Source: Octopus sinensis
Lineage: Eukaryota
Reading direction: 5' to 3'
DNA length: 64,000 bases
Assembly: GCF_006345805.1 (NCBI RefSeq)
Contig: NC_043007.1
Location: forward strand, 46,748,001 to 46,812,000
The position numbers and the translations under genes are program-made. Every line of letters starts with the position of its first letter. The stretch's first letter is position 1. Shown here piece by piece: positions 29,310 through 40,463 of the stretch. The notes under the pieces were generated by a model, which was not told the DNA's origin, did no database searches, and saw nothing but the letters and a program-made list of their open reading frames with translations.

Positions 29310-29490
29310 TCTGTTGTTACGTTCTGAGTTCAAATTCCGCCGAGGTCAACTTTGCCTTCCATCCTTACGGGGTCGATAAATTAAGTACCAGTTACGAACT
29401 GGGGTCGATTTTATCGACTTAATCCGTTTGTCTCTCCTTGTTTGCCCCCTCTATTATTTAGTTCCTTGTGGGTAATAAAGAAACAGATAT
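29310..29490 (+). mobile_element. SINE (same core family)
   Basis: TTCTGAGTTCAAATTCCGCCGAGGTCAACTTTGCCTTCCATCC..GGGGTCGATAAATTAAGTACC; B-box-like GTTCAAATTCC. Confidence 0.85.
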
Positions 29491-29559
29491 AGTCATTTAG
29501 CAGAATAAATCAAGATAAAATGCAATAAGAATAGCCTGGATGCATATACATATACATAG

Positions 29560-29611
<52 letters not shown>

Positions 29612-29805
29612 TATATATATGTATGTATATATATGTATATATGTATGTATATGTATATATATATATGTATATATGTATGTATATATATGTATGCGTGTAT
29701 GTATGTAAGTAGGAATGTATGCATATGTTTATATGTATATTTGTGTAATTGTGTATATATAAATATGCATAAGCATTATAATACATAGAGAATGCATGTA
29801 CTCAC

Positions 29806-29891
29806 ACGTATTTGATTCGTACTGTTTGGGATGGGTTCCGTTAGGAATTTCAGCAGAGCTACTGCTGATGGTATATCTCTATATACTATCT
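29806..29891 (-). CDS. Candidate coding exon
   Basis: Acceptor tttttatctAG, donor CGT|GTGAGT, one open frame IVYRDIPSAVALLKFLTEPIPNSTNQIR. Ends in phase 0, which does not join the 28544 exon directly. Confidence 0.45.
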
Positions 29892-30049
29892 CTAGATAAA
29901 AAATTTTATATAGTTATACCTAAGTAACTTTCCGTAAGTGCACCATTTCTCTTCGTTCATTAGTGTAGCTATGTGGTACTCGACACATCAACAAAGAAGC
30001 TCAAACTCCTATTGTATCCATAAGTGTTGGTGCTATGCTTTGGCACAAT

Positions 30050-30770
30050 TCCAGCCATTTCGGGGGAGGATTAAGTCAATTACATTGATCCTTATGCTTA
30101 AATAGTAATTATTTTATCAAAAGAATCATTACCGAAACAAGAATAAATGGTGAGGTCGACCTCGGCGGAAATTGAACTCAGAACATGAAGATGGGCGAAA
30201 TTCCATTACGCTTCCTTTTTTTCTGACGTACTAATGATTCTTCCAGCTCTTTGACTTGTAGCCATAAATATTCGATTCAATTTTGGCACAGGACCAGGAG
30301 TTTTAGGAGAGGGGTAAGTCGATTAAGATCGACCCCAGTGCTGAATTGGCAATTATTTTATTAAGCCCGAAGGAAACATAAAAGTCAAAGTCGACTTCGG
30401 CGGAATTTCAATGCAGAATGTGAACAGATGAAGTACGCGTAGAATTTCGCCTGCTCTGCTAACGATTCTACCCCTTCGTTGACTCATTGTATCCATAAAT
30501 AGTGAGGTTTCATTTATAGTTTTGTACAAGTTCAAGTCTAGTTTATTATTTCCATGGTCTAGGCGGTGAGCTGGCAGAATCGTTAGCACACCGGGTAAAA
30601 TGCTTAGTGTTATTTCGCCCGTCATTACTTTCTGAGTTCAAATTCCGCCGAGGTCGACTTTGCCTTTCATCTGTTAGGAGTTAATAAAATAAGTACCAGT
30701 TGCGTACTGGGGTCGATCTAATTGACTGGCCTTCTCCCCCAAAATTCAGGCCTGTATCCTATAGTAGGAG
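30050..30770. mobile_element. Three SINE copies: minus (~30055-30240), minus (~30311-30476), plus (~30561-30770)
   Basis: Shared GGCGGTGAGCTGGCAGAATCGTTAGC head and GAGGTCGACTTTGCC core in both orientations. Confidence 0.85.
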
Positions 30771-33090
30771 TAATTATTTCTAAAGTCTTCTACACCAACG
30801 TTCAGGCTTAAAAGGATCTTATATTCAATTGAATCTAAATTAAAATAATAGATTGTCATTACTGTTGGATCCTCATTTATTTAGTGACCTGCTGTATCTA
30901 TTGCGTTATATGTTTATAAATGCGCTATTCTAGATTCATGTCATATGCCTGTATGGGGTGGGTATGCACTTGATTGATAATTGAAATCCCTAACAATAGG
31001 AATTTCGCAACTATCAATTTACTTGCAGTTTGCAAAGAAATTATACGGGCATCTGCATAGGAATTGAAGCAACTGGAATATATAGAAGCAACTGGAATAT
31101 AGATCTCGAAAGTAATAATATTCATAAATATTCATGAACAGGAACGTGGCTTTTCACTGCCTGTTCATCAAAAGTATTCTCACAATAAAATACTTGGGTG
31201 TCACAAAATACAAGCGACGCATTCTCTACTTGGAACACATATATATTTGATGGTATAAAGTTCTGTGTATGTACATGCGCAAATATATATAGGTGTATAT
31301 GTGTGTATGTGTCTGTGCGCATGTATATATATATATAATTTTAATAATATAATATATATTAAGTAAGATTTAGTAAACTGTGGTAGGATATGCAGTTTAT
31401 TAGCATGTTTGTAACTATCATGTGATTTAATTTGCATTTTTTAAAATTCTTTGGGGTTTTTTTACTTTTGCCCTCTCGTATATCTAAGAGGAAGAATGCA
31501 CTCAGGAACGTGTATAATTCACTTGTTCGACGAGTATTATTACCACTTGGAAGTATGCTGGCTATATAAGATGACAGATTCTGCATTATATTTCGAAGGT
31601 AATTTCCACTAGCAATCACCTCTCTATCAGTAGTCTCCCTTTAACTGTAAAAAAGTCGGTAGGCCTAGTGATTGCTAGTTCTTATGTTATTTGTGCTTTT
31701 TATTATTTTTATTTTCTGATGATGAGATGGTGTAGAAGAGCATAAGTGGTCTCGTGCCACGTGTGACATAGTTTTCTCTCCTATACCTTTTCATTTACTG
31801 GTTCATCTTTTCCTCTTTTTTTCTTCTTTACTTACCCCTGCTACGGTCTTAATTTGCCCTTGGATTACATATAACCGACCAATTGCAGGACTATGGTCAG
31901 TTCCATTACGGACAATGGGTGTTTGGTCTCTAGAATATTTGCCTAAGTACATCATTAAAAAAAAACCCCCACGAGTTTGGTTTTGGATAAATATTAATCA
32001 TAAGTACTATTCGTTTTCTAGACATATTGATGAATCCTGTTTTACTTAAGCACTAGATTTATCCTAGTGCTATATATACACCCTGGTACCCCTACATAAA
32101 GCGATAACGAATAAATTATTTCCCTAGCTCATTTTAATCTAGCTTCGCACTGCAAAATGGTAAGATCCTAATATATTGAGCATTTCTGGCCTCTTCTGGA
32201 GGCCCTGTTCTTTCCTCTTCTCTTCATGTATTTTATTCTATTTTATGTATTTGTATTCACTCTAATGAAGCTCCATGTACAATACCGAAAGTGCTATAAA
32301 GCTGGCGAATATTATTTTCTGAAATTTCTTTTAAACACTGATTGACATCGGCAGCCGAAACGGGCGTAAGGAATGTTATGTAATGTTATGTTTTGTATGA
32401 AAAAATAATTAACCGAAGTTGATCAATTTGTTTGTTGATCAAAAGATTTTGCCATTTTCTGCTTGTTTAAATTTGATTCCTGATAAACTTCTTTATTCAT
32501 TTTTTTACCTGTACCCTATGAGGATAGTGTGCTTGAATACACATGCTCAGAGACAGTATAGGTAAATGATACCGATACTAAGAACGGATATTCTTATCCC
32601 ATAGACAGTCATTCCATATACTCTGCTATATGTGTGTTTGGGTATGTATTTATATATATATATATATATACACAAACACACGCATATATATTTATAATCA
32701 ATGAATTAAATAGAGAAATTCAGTTGACAATCCACTAATTTATTTATATTACAATATAACATAACGTAATATGAATATAATATAACATAAACATCATTAA
32801 AAAAATAAGTTTAAACAAATTGGTGGCTGTTTTGATTGTAATGATTTTTTTATGTTATCTTATATTATATTATATCCATAGTATATTATGTTATAATATA
32901 AATAGATTATTGGATTGTCGATTGAATCTCCATATTTAATTTATTGTTTGTAATTTGCAATTTACCCATATTTATGTGGTATTAAACTAACGTAATAGTG
33001 ATTTGCATGAAATACACATCCGTTTAAAAGAATCCCTTTCCTTAGAGTGTTACAATATATATTTTTATGTATCTACATTTATATACATAG

Positions 33091-33153
<63 letters not shown>

Positions 33154-33287
33154 TATATATATTAATATCCAATTTTTTCACCCTTATTTTTGATTTTAAT
33201 TGTACTGCAGTAAATTATTTATGCAGTATTTGTTTCCGGGAATTTTTTGGGCGCGCTATAACGAGGGCATTCGAATCATAACTGCGA

Positions 33288-33580
33288 ATATAATAGACTG
33301 AACTACACATGTGTTTGACGTTATGTTAAAATCTGGCGTGCTGTTCAGTAAATTGTATTCACGACAAATTCTATGAAGAGCTGAAGATATATTATGTAAG
33401 TAATATTGCATAATCCATTAACAGCGAAACAATTGTCTAGAATTAATCTACATTTTTGTTATTTTTCTTTTGTCCGGCTCGTTTACGTTCATAGTTCTCT
33501 TTGGGAACAATTCTTGGTGGTTGAGACCATAGCGGATCTATTTTTAGCGCAAGGGCGACCACATAGTGGACACTCTCTTA
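33288..33580 (+). mobile_element. Diverged relative of the 5.3-5.6 kb hammerhead element (single arm)
   Basis: Colinear with 5330-5620: AAATTGTATT..GACAAA.TC, GTAAGTAA.ATTGCAT, GAAACAATTGTC, CCATAG.GGATCTATTTTTAGC, GACCACATAGTGG..ACTCTC..ATATTTA, then (TA)n. Confidence 0.8.
33367..33444 (+). ncRNA. Type I hammerhead ribozyme, C3 missing
   Basis: AATTCTA [-TGAAGA] GCTG...CAGC [GAAA] C-AATT-G [TC] TAGAATT. Stem I is 7 bp, stem II 4 bp. Confidence 0.6.
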
Positions 33581-33595
33581 TATTTATGAATATAT

Positions 33596-33674
<79 letters not shown>

Positions 33675-33719
33675 CATATATATACATATACATATATATA
33701 TACGTATATATGTTTCTTT

Positions 33720-34010
33720 AGTACCCACAAGGGGATAAACATAGAGGACAAACAAGGACAGACAAACCGGTTAAGTAGATTACATCGATACCAGTGCGTA
33801 ACTGGTACTTAATTCATCGACCCCGAAAGTATGAAAGGCAAATTCGACCTCGGTGGAATTTGAACTCAGAACGTAGCGGTAAACGAAATACCTATTTCTT
33901 TACTACCCACAAGGAGCTGAACAGAAAGGGGACAAAAAGGACAGACAAACGGATTAAGTCGATTATATCGACCCAAGTGTGGAATTGATACCTATTTAAT
34001 CGACTACAAA
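33720..34010 (-). mobile_element. Two adjacent SINE copies
   Basis: ACCCACAAGGGG..AAACA..GAGGACAAACAAGGACAGACAAAC.GGTTAAGT tail occurs twice; CGACCCCGAAAG.ATGAAAGGCAAA.TCGACCTCGG core. Confidence 0.8.
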
Positions 34011-34099
34011 TTGATGAAAGTCACAGTTTTTATATACATATAAACATATATATATATAAATATATATATATACATATGCATATATAAGTATAGAAATAT

Positions 34100-35150
34100 A
34101 TACATATCCTGGAGCAATTACTAAGAATTTAGTTAAGAATATTTCATTTAGATTATCTAAATTATCTGCTAATGTTGATATTTTCAATAATAACGCTGAA
34201 TTCTATAACTCTGCCTTAATCAAAGCAGGTTATACGGAAAAAAATTTTCTACATTGATTCTGCTCAATCTAATTGTAAATTCAATAATGTAGATAAGATT
34301 TCTAGTCGTAAAAGAATTGTTGATAACAAACATAACTTACGCACCGATACAAAGCGAATGAAGGCAGATAACCCTTATTTATTCCCCTATTACCGATCTA
34401 AAAGTAAATATAACACCTTCAAAAGTAATTACGCTATGAATACTAGTAAAAATATTTGGTTAATAATTCCTTACGGGAGACACATTAAATCTAATCTCCC
34501 ACTGCTGTTTCGTCAAGCTATTGCTAGGAATTTTCCAAATAATTCTAGATATTACTCTATAATTAATTCACATAAGGTTAGGATAGGTTTTTCAAACACA
34601 AAAAATCTCTTGCAAATTATATCTTCTCATAATAACAAACTGTTAAATATTAATACATTTACTAATACTAACATTAATTTAGCTGCTACCATCCAACCCT
34701 CTAGAAATATTAATAACAAGGTTATTGTATCTGAAGTCAATCCCAATAGAATTAAATTTATGTCAAGTAACTCTAAGATTAAAAATTCTATATACCAGTT
34801 TATAATCAGTACTCGTAATAAAGTACGATTTTACATTGGAAGCACATCGTTAGAGTTATCTAAGAGAATTTCTATCCATTACTCAACATTTAGAGATAGA
34901 AATAAACGGAATAGTACCGGTCTCAGCAAACTGATTTGGAATTTAAAAGACCACAATGAACAATTTCATTTGGAATGGTTGATCCTCTCAATTTCGATAC
35001 CATATGACAAAGGCAAGAAATTCTGTCTTCTCTGCAATTCTGAGCCATTTTTCATTATTTTTTCTAAAAATACTCTAGTAAACACGGTTATAGAACGAGC
35101 ATACAGATGTAAGCATTGGCAAAAGCATACTTTTAGTGCATATAAGTAGT
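34100..35150 (+). mobile_element. Penelope-like element, RT thumb plus GIY-YIG endonuclease (263-aa ORF 34358-35149)
   Basis: YPGAITKNLVKNISFRLSKLS..., IYQFII.....FYIGSTS..LSKRI..HYSTFR, STGLSKLIWNLKD, CLLCNSE. Confidence 0.9.
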
Positions 35151-35622
35151 CTCTATCATTATATATAGTTTAGACTTTAATTTCCTTTATATTTAACATT
35201 CACTATTAATATCCCTACTCTTTCTGTTAGCTACTTATGACGTTATATCATATAACGTTTTTTTAAACAATATTAATAGCGTTCTGTCTATCGCTATACG
35301 AATCCATCATTTTTTACTAAAATGTCGTATTGACAAGTTTCGTTTTTTCACTTTCCCGAAGAGAAGATTGCATTGTTTATACCTTTTATTCTTTTGAATA
35401 AGTATCAGTGGAATTTTTGAAACATATGTAGAAAGAAAAAATACTTGTTTAAACCTGCGTTGACTCCATTTTTTATTCCTATTATTCAAATATTCAACGT
35501 AAACACGAAGTTTCAACCTTTATAAACAAGGAGTTACAACATCTTTACTTGTGATATTTTGCTGCCCTGGTAACTATTCATTCATTTATCCGTGTTAATT
35601 GTTAACAAGGTAAAATACACTC

Positions 35623-35673
<51 letters not shown>

Positions 35674-35739
35674 CATATATATATACATTATATGTGTATA
35701 TATATATATTTGGAATTTACAAAAAACAGCCAAAACAAA

Positions 35740-36581
35740 AAAACAAAGACGGGTGTGTAAACAACAAATGTATTATTTTAACGGTCGGGAAGTGAGAAAA
35801 TCTTTTACGTTTCCGGAACAGAAGGGAACACAGAAAGAAACAGAGAGAAAAAAGGTTTAGTGGCTAGCGATCAGTCATGGCGAATGCCGAACAGAGGTGG
35901 CCAGACAGGAGAGGTAGAAAGCAGGGGAGATAATAAATTTGTGGTGATCCCAAAACGAAGGTGAGCATGCGTGTGTATGTGAGAGCGTATATATGCGTGT
36001 GGATAAGGGCTGGTGACCTTGACGTGTGCGTGTGCATGTGTAGGTGTGTGGAAGATGTTTGGGTGCTAGGATGTGGTCAGTGAGGTCAATGCTAGTGTGC
36101 GCGGGGTGGTGTGATGTGGAGTGTTATGGTGGTGTGTGGTGTTATGTGGCACGATATGATATGGTGTGTGTTGTTGGGGTGTGGGGAGGCGATAGTGGGG
36201 TAGTAAGAATGGGTATGTGGAGGCGAAAATGGGAATGTTAGGCTAGGGTGTGTGTTGGGGTGAGGGTGGGGTAGGGTGGAGTATGTGGGAGTGGAATGTG
36301 TGGGATGGCTTGGGGTGGGATGGGATGTATAGGTGGGGTTGAAATGTGTAGAGGTGGGTAACGATGGAGGGGTGTCGATGAAGGGAGAAGGTGTAAGGGA
36401 GAAAGTGGATAGGAGTGAAGAGAGGAAGTAGGTGTCAGAGCAAGAGAGGAAAGGAGAGGTGCGTGGGCGTGAAGGGAGCAAGTAGGTGTGAGAGGAGAGA
36501 GGAGAGAGGAGGGGTTAGATGAAGGGGGAGGAGAGTTGAGTCCAAGTGGCGAAGAGAGTAGATTAATTCCTGTTCACGGCG

Positions 36582-36618
<37 letters not shown>

Positions 36619-36620
36619 TG
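35740..36620. repeat. PLE-like terminal remnant followed by G-rich low-complexity and (GT)n sequence
   Basis: GGGTGTGTAAACAAC...TTTAACGGTCGGGAAGTGAGAAAATCTTTTACGTTTC, then ~550 bp of GGT/GGA-rich sequence. Confidence 0.45.
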
Positions 36621-36833
36621 TGTATACATTTAACAAGTTGCACCATTCTCAAACTCTTGGTACAAGAACGTGGTAAAAAAGTATTAAGAAAATATTAAAT
36701 CACAATAATTTCAATGTCATAATTAACGAAAGCGAAAGCCGTAGATAACCATAATACTTGTTCATCTAAAATATATTAAAACTTTGTGCATATTCCCTCT
36801 TCAATTATGTATATATATATATATATATATATA

Positions 36834-37051
36834 TTATACAGTCGATGCCAAGACTTATATGTGACGCATAATGTACATCTTAATTAATCACTGCGATATA
36901 TTTTTCACTGAAATTACTAAACATAATCTATAACTACATTTGTGTATGCTGAGCAATTTTGGTAAAGGATATTTCTCTAAGACAAATTATGTGTAGTGTA
37001 CGAAAGGTATATCTCTTTATCGAGCGTATATATATATATATATTATATATA

Positions 37052-37123
<72 letters not shown>

Positions 37124-37311
37124 CAGTCGATGCCAAGACTTATATGTGACGCATAATGTACATCTTAATTAATCACTGCGATATATTTTTCACTGAAATT
37201 ACTAAACATAATCTATAACTACATTTGTGTATGCTGAGCAATTTTGGTAAAGGATATTTCTCTAAGACAAATTATGTGTAGTGTACGAAAGGTATATCTC
37301 TTTATCGAGCG

Positions 37312-37313
<2 letters not shown>
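36834..37313 (+). repeat. Exact 195-bp direct duplication separated by (TA)n
   Basis: 36834-37028 and 37119-37313 appear identical by eye; period 285 bp. Confidence 0.9.
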
Positions 37314-37348
<35 letters not shown>

Positions 37349-40052
37349 TGCAAATATAAATACGCACACACACATACGTGTTTGACGTGTACGTGGGCGT
37401 GAGAGAATGTGTGTGTATATCTGTGTGTGCGTGTGTGCGCACATTCGTGATGTGTGGTGACAATTCCACCCCGTCATCTCAGTAAGATTAATAAAAGTAT
37501 ACTTCTAACTGGGATACTTCTAACACAATTGTTTCTCAAATATAAATGTATAAAGTTAGTGATGCAACCCACAATTTGTTTTATATTAATCGCTGGGAAT
37601 AGGATAAGTGTGAAGTTGTTTTTTTTAATCATGTGGTAACCCCATTAAACAAAAATATAAAGTGTATTTCTCATGTATGGTAAATTTTAATCTATTTATT
37701 GGATTTGGTTTAAAAATGGCGTCGGTATTACAATTCTTCAATGGACAAATCTGTTTTTCCCTATATTTCCCGGAGAGAGCAAAAACATATTTAAGGCGGT
37801 GCAGAAAAATTACTTCCGGGTAATTTGAGCGTAACAACTCATTTGCTTTTCTAAAACCCTAAGTATATCCACTGTCATTATAAATATGCGAACACGGTTA
37901 AACACACATTGGTACGCGTGTCTACCAGGTTTCACGCATAAGTTTACTAGCTGACGTGTGAAAACTTTAAAAGGTAAAACACTTGCCCAAGGTGACGCAT
38001 AGCGAAACGAATTCGGAGACTCGTCGCCACGAAGCAAATTTTCCAACAACACACACACGTATTTATGCTTTCTATTATAGTGTGTGATAGTAATAAGAAA
38101 TATTTATAACAATTTTACTCTAGTCACGTATAAAAAGGATTTCGCCGCCTCGTTCAATGTAAGCCACTCTTTCGTGATGACCTCCTATAAATTACTTCAG
38201 CTATGCACAGAAACATTCATGAGTGCCTATTAATAAATCAGACAAATCTCAATTATGTTCTAAATTATATTGTTCGAGAAAATGAATCACAAACAAATAC
38301 AAACAAAATTTTAACTAAACGCTATATTTTTCATTGAAATTTACAAGTATATAAATAGGCTACGTCTTATACAAATTTATTTTCATATAAAAAATTGGGT
38401 TCAATGTTAACAAACATTTCAGTTAACATTTATGTAATATATCTATTAATTGATGCAAGTCTAGACATCTTACTGATATTGAATATTAGAATCAGACTTC
38501 TCGCTCGATAGGATATACACTTGCCAGCATTTTAGATACAAATTCAACTGATATAGTAACACGAGGAATCAGACATTCCTGAACACGTAATATCCATTTT
38601 AATATAAATTCCAATTAATATGACGTGTATATTGAATTTCTTAGTGTTAAAAATTGTTTTGTATTCAAAAATATAAAAGAACATACAAATACCAATCAAC
38701 AGATTCATTTACTGACGGGTTAAATATTCTTCTTATTTTTATTGTTTGAGGTGGTTTTGGAACACAGTTGCTAGTAAGATATGGTCAGCGAAAGAAATAT
38801 GATGATAGACACTCCAGTAATCACTTTCTTATCATTTATGAGTGGGTGGGAACTTCTAGATCAACATTATCTTGTGCATGCTTTTTTCCTTTCTAAGACA
38901 ATGAAGTGTGATTTGAGGATCTATCTGCTACTTGGCTCCCTCGCTGGCTCGATGGTTTTGCAAAAAAAGTGACGTAGTAATCTCCACAATCAATAATATA
39001 TACATGACTCGATGCATTCTTCCGGACACGTTGTACAAAAAATATTTATAATCTTTTGGTTCTTCAGCTTTCTAATTTCGAAACTATAATAACTACAATG
39101 AGAATGTTGTTAGATTATATAATGATTTGGTAGATTTCAAAACTGTCATTTTGAATAGGTTAAAATTGGATAGAAAGGCTAGTATTGAGTATGTCGTGAA
39201 ATCAAAAATTATTCAATGGACGTTAACTTATCCAATGATTATGTGAAACGAAATATGTTATAAATTGCATAGATGCAGAGACCCAGTCTATGCATGATGC
39301 TACCAGCAATGCACACGTTCACACACACAGACACACATGTAAATTCAAACACTCATAGAGATGCATATATAAAGACATACAGACACATACGTATATATAT
39401 AGATATGTGTATGCATGTTAACGAATGGATGTCAAAAGTGCAATTGTTAAATCCTTAAATCATTAAAAATGTTGTAGCCCGGAGGCCGCGGCCATGCTGG
39501 GGCACCACCGCTGGTTACATAACCATTTTTCATAGTTTACAGTTGTTTCGCATATAAAGAACTGGCGCACTCATATCTCCACTTTGGATGCAATATTTTC
39601 ATAGCCGAAATAGTTAGAAGTTGATGAAACTGATTTTTTTGTCATTCATTTATAAATTAATCTTTCTAATATAGGTACAAGTCTTGAAATATTTAGGAAA
39701 GGGCCTTGTCGATTACATTGACCATAGTAATCGACTGGTGCTTATTTTATCGAACCCGAAAGCATAAAAGGCGAAGTCGATCTCACCTGAATTGTGGAAC
39801 ACAGCGGGAATAATTATGAATTAATATTACATCAAACACTTCATTTCTGGAAGCTTTCGACATCAGTGAAGCCACACCTTCTAAAGCTACATACTGTTCA
39901 TTATAAGTACATTGTTTTGTAATGAGTGGTTATATGTCACTCTCTGGCAAAGTAGAATAATAAATTATATACACAAAAACACACACACACAGACGCAGAC
40001 ATATACGTACACACAAACTCATACACACACAAATAGACGGACAGACAGATAG

Positions 40053-40107
<55 letters not shown>

Positions 40108-40124
40108 GAGAGAGAGAGAGAGTG

Positions 40125-40128
40125 AGAT

Positions 40129-40209
<81 letters not shown>

Positions 40210-40210
40210 C
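40125..40210. repeat. (GATA)n microsatellite; a similar (GATA)n(GATG)n lies at 49846-49950
   Basis: Direct reading. Confidence 0.95.
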
Positions 40211-40377
40211 AGAAAGGTATGCAGTTATTAGAAGTGATGCTAATATTTCCTTTATTTCTCTGTTGACTATTTTGCTGATACAAGTAAAATATTGCTCTTT
40301 ATTCCTTTTTTTTCGCACAATACATTCCTACCTACAAAATAACTTGCTCTAAAATTATTTATGTCTTATATTTTCAG

Positions 40378-40463
40378 TCGGTGCAGTTTGCGCTCTCATT
40401 TTCTGTATATTGGTGTTAGGTCATATAAGCAGTTACCGAGGCCTCACTAAAATAACTCAATTA
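40378..40463 (+). CDS. Candidate exon, hydrophobic (signal/TM-like)
   Basis: Acceptor ttatattttcAG, donor TTA|GTATGA, frame GAVCALIFCILVLGHISSYRGLTKITQL. Confidence 0.3.

Noticed and set aside
32230-32570. Several HHR-like fragments (CTAATGA..GAAAG; CTGATTGA..GCCGAAACGGGCGTA; CTATGAGG..GAGAC)
   Set aside because: Multiple core changes and no adjacent stem I; treated only as probable decayed PLE ends.
36000-36580. G-rich stretch as functional G-quadruplex or telomere-like repeat
   Set aside because: Irregular low-complexity sequence without a fixed unit; nothing indicates function.
37625-38058. Two overlapping 70-82 aa minus-strand ORFs
   Set aside because: Different frames, no credible splice sites, no homology recognised.
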